Part shown: piece after piece, positions 1 to 64,000 of the stretch
Position numbering within the stretch: position 1 is the first letter of the stretch
Layout: each line of letters begins with the position of its first letter
Source: Felis catus
Taxonomy: Eukaryota
Length of the DNA stretch: 64,000 nt
Assembly (NCBI RefSeq): GCF_018350175.1
Contig: NC_058382.1
Coordinates: forward strand, 57,352,001 to 57,416,000
Reading direction: 5' to 3'
Position numbers and translations under genes: made by a program
Notes under the pieces: model-generated
Databases searched by the model: none
What the model was told of the DNA's origin: nothing
The model's input: only the letters and a program-made list of their open reading frames with translations

Positions 1-1575
1 GGACTGTGAGGCTGGTTCCCAAGATCTCCTCTTTGCTCCCCCAGACCCACCTTCCACCCTCCTGCCTTCTCCTTTGGATTCTCAGCCCAGAAGTCTGCAT
101 CGGTGGCTTCTGTTTCTCTCCACTTTCTGCTCACGCCTTTGTAAACAGGCTGTGTATCAAACTCTCCCCAAATTACTCAGTTTGAATGTGCCAGCCGTTT
201 CCTGGTGGGACCCTGACTCAAAGGGAGGTAGTGCCGTCCCCATTTCGTGGATGAGCAAACTGAACTGGAGAGAGCTGAAGTTGCCCAAGGCCATGCATTT
301 GGAAGGAACAATCCTGGGCTTTCAAATCTGTACTGACTCGCGCCACAATTTTGCTCTATTATTCCTAGGCCTTTGTTGACATTGGTGGAGACAGGCAGGC
401 ACGACGCTGGTGGTCTCTTCTATTTCGGTCGGGAGAAAAGAGACGGGAGAAACAAGAAGGGCCACCAGAGCTGCCCCTCAGGTTGAGTGGGGCTGAGGTA
501 GACACCCTTCGGGGAGCAGGTGGGGCAGGTGGCATGTATTTGCTCAAAAAGGGCGGCACCATTTAACGGAAGAACGCACGTGTGGCACTCTAGAGTTCTT
601 ACGTTTAAGAAGCCCACTCTACAGACGAGGAAACTGAGGCACAGAGGAGAGGCACAGCCTTCCCCGAAGCTACCTCCCTACTAAGTGGTGGGTCTTGTTA
701 TGGATTCCAGTCCCACGTGAAGCCAAAGCCCTTACACTTTCAATAGGGCCACTTGGAGGCGGGGTGGGGGGGGGGGCACCATCTACCCTGCACGTTCAGT
801 CATGTGCCCCGGGAGCCATCTGACTCCAGCAGCTTCCGCGGGATGATGATGGCACCGCCACCAAGCCCTCCCTCCATCTCACTATGAAGGGCTCTCACGG
901 TGGGCGTTTTACAGATCAGTCAACTAAGGCCCTGGACATCTAAGACGCCCGCCCGAGGTCCCGGGGTTAGCGAGCGCAGGAGCCCATTCTGCAGATGAGA
1001 AGAAAGGGCTCGAAGATCATCTACGACCACACAGAACCCAAAGGGGGCCCTGGGGTCCTCGAGCCCTCCTCCCCATCCCGGGACGCGCTCCCAGCGCCCT
1101 CCCCGGAGGTGAGATCTCAGGCTTCTCCTTCAATTACGGACCGGGAACCGCCTACACCCCACATGCCCTGCCGGCTCCGGACCCGGTGACGCAGGGTAAG
1201 GCGAGGTCCGGGAATCCGCACTCGCAACCGGCGTTTGCTCGCCCCCCTCCACCCCGTCCCCGGCTGCAGGTGGTTCTCCTGGTCTGGCAAGACTGGGAAA
1301 CGGCCCACGCCCTCCGGCGCCGCGGTTAACCCCGCGGCCGGCTCCCGGGGCGGGGCGGGGCCAGGTGCGCCCGGGGCGGCCCGCGGCGTAGCTCCGCCCC
1401 GGGGGCGGGGCCTCACCTGCGGCGGGCAGGTGGGCGGCTACCAGGTAACCCGGGCCTGGCCCGGGAGGCTTGGGCGCGCGCAGCCGGCCGCGGCCACGCC
1501 AGGGACCCAGGGACGCGGGCAGGGGCGGCCGGCGGCGGCCGGGAGGCTGGGCGAGGGGCACCCCGCCTGTTCACC

Positions 1576-63839
<62,264 letters not shown>

Positions 63840-64000
63840 GTGAGTGGGCGGGGACGTGAGGGGTCAGCAGAGGCCGGTGCCTGGGCGCCGACATGCGGTG
63901 TTCCAGGTGCGAAGTCCCTACGTGTGCCCGGCCGGCCGCACGGGGTGGGAGGGCGATGTGATGGGGTCATGGAGTACACGGGGAACCAGAGGATGAGGCA

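Overview
Mammalian genomic DNA. The dense SINEC_Fc-like tRNA-derived SINEs point to a carnivore, very probably a felid. The window holds almost all of ATP2C2 (SPCA2, the Golgi/secretory-pathway Ca2+/Mn2+ P2A-ATPase) on the + strand. A CpG-island promoter is followed by coding exons 1-26 (1576..63839). I joined these by hand at GT-AG junctions into one open frame of 2722 nt (907 codons + 1 nt) with all catalytic motifs intact; the last exon lies beyond the window. The introns contain about 33 Can-SINEs, one 5'-truncated inactivated LINE-1, MaLR LTR, MER, MIR, L2 and old L1M relics, and microsatellites. I found no evidence for a wholly new biological system. The best leads are: (1) the probable SPCA2C short-isoform start Met is CTG here; (2) two of four reported Orai1-binding N-terminal residues are substituted; (3) a 1.2-kb telomere-hexamer/TA composite repeat with higher-order structure sits inside an old L1; (4) single retrotransposon target sites were reused, with opposite-strand CpG decay recorded in the duplications. 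Comparisons to human, mouse and SPCA1 residues and to repeat consensuses are from memory and need an alignment to confirm. Repeat boundaries are approximate.
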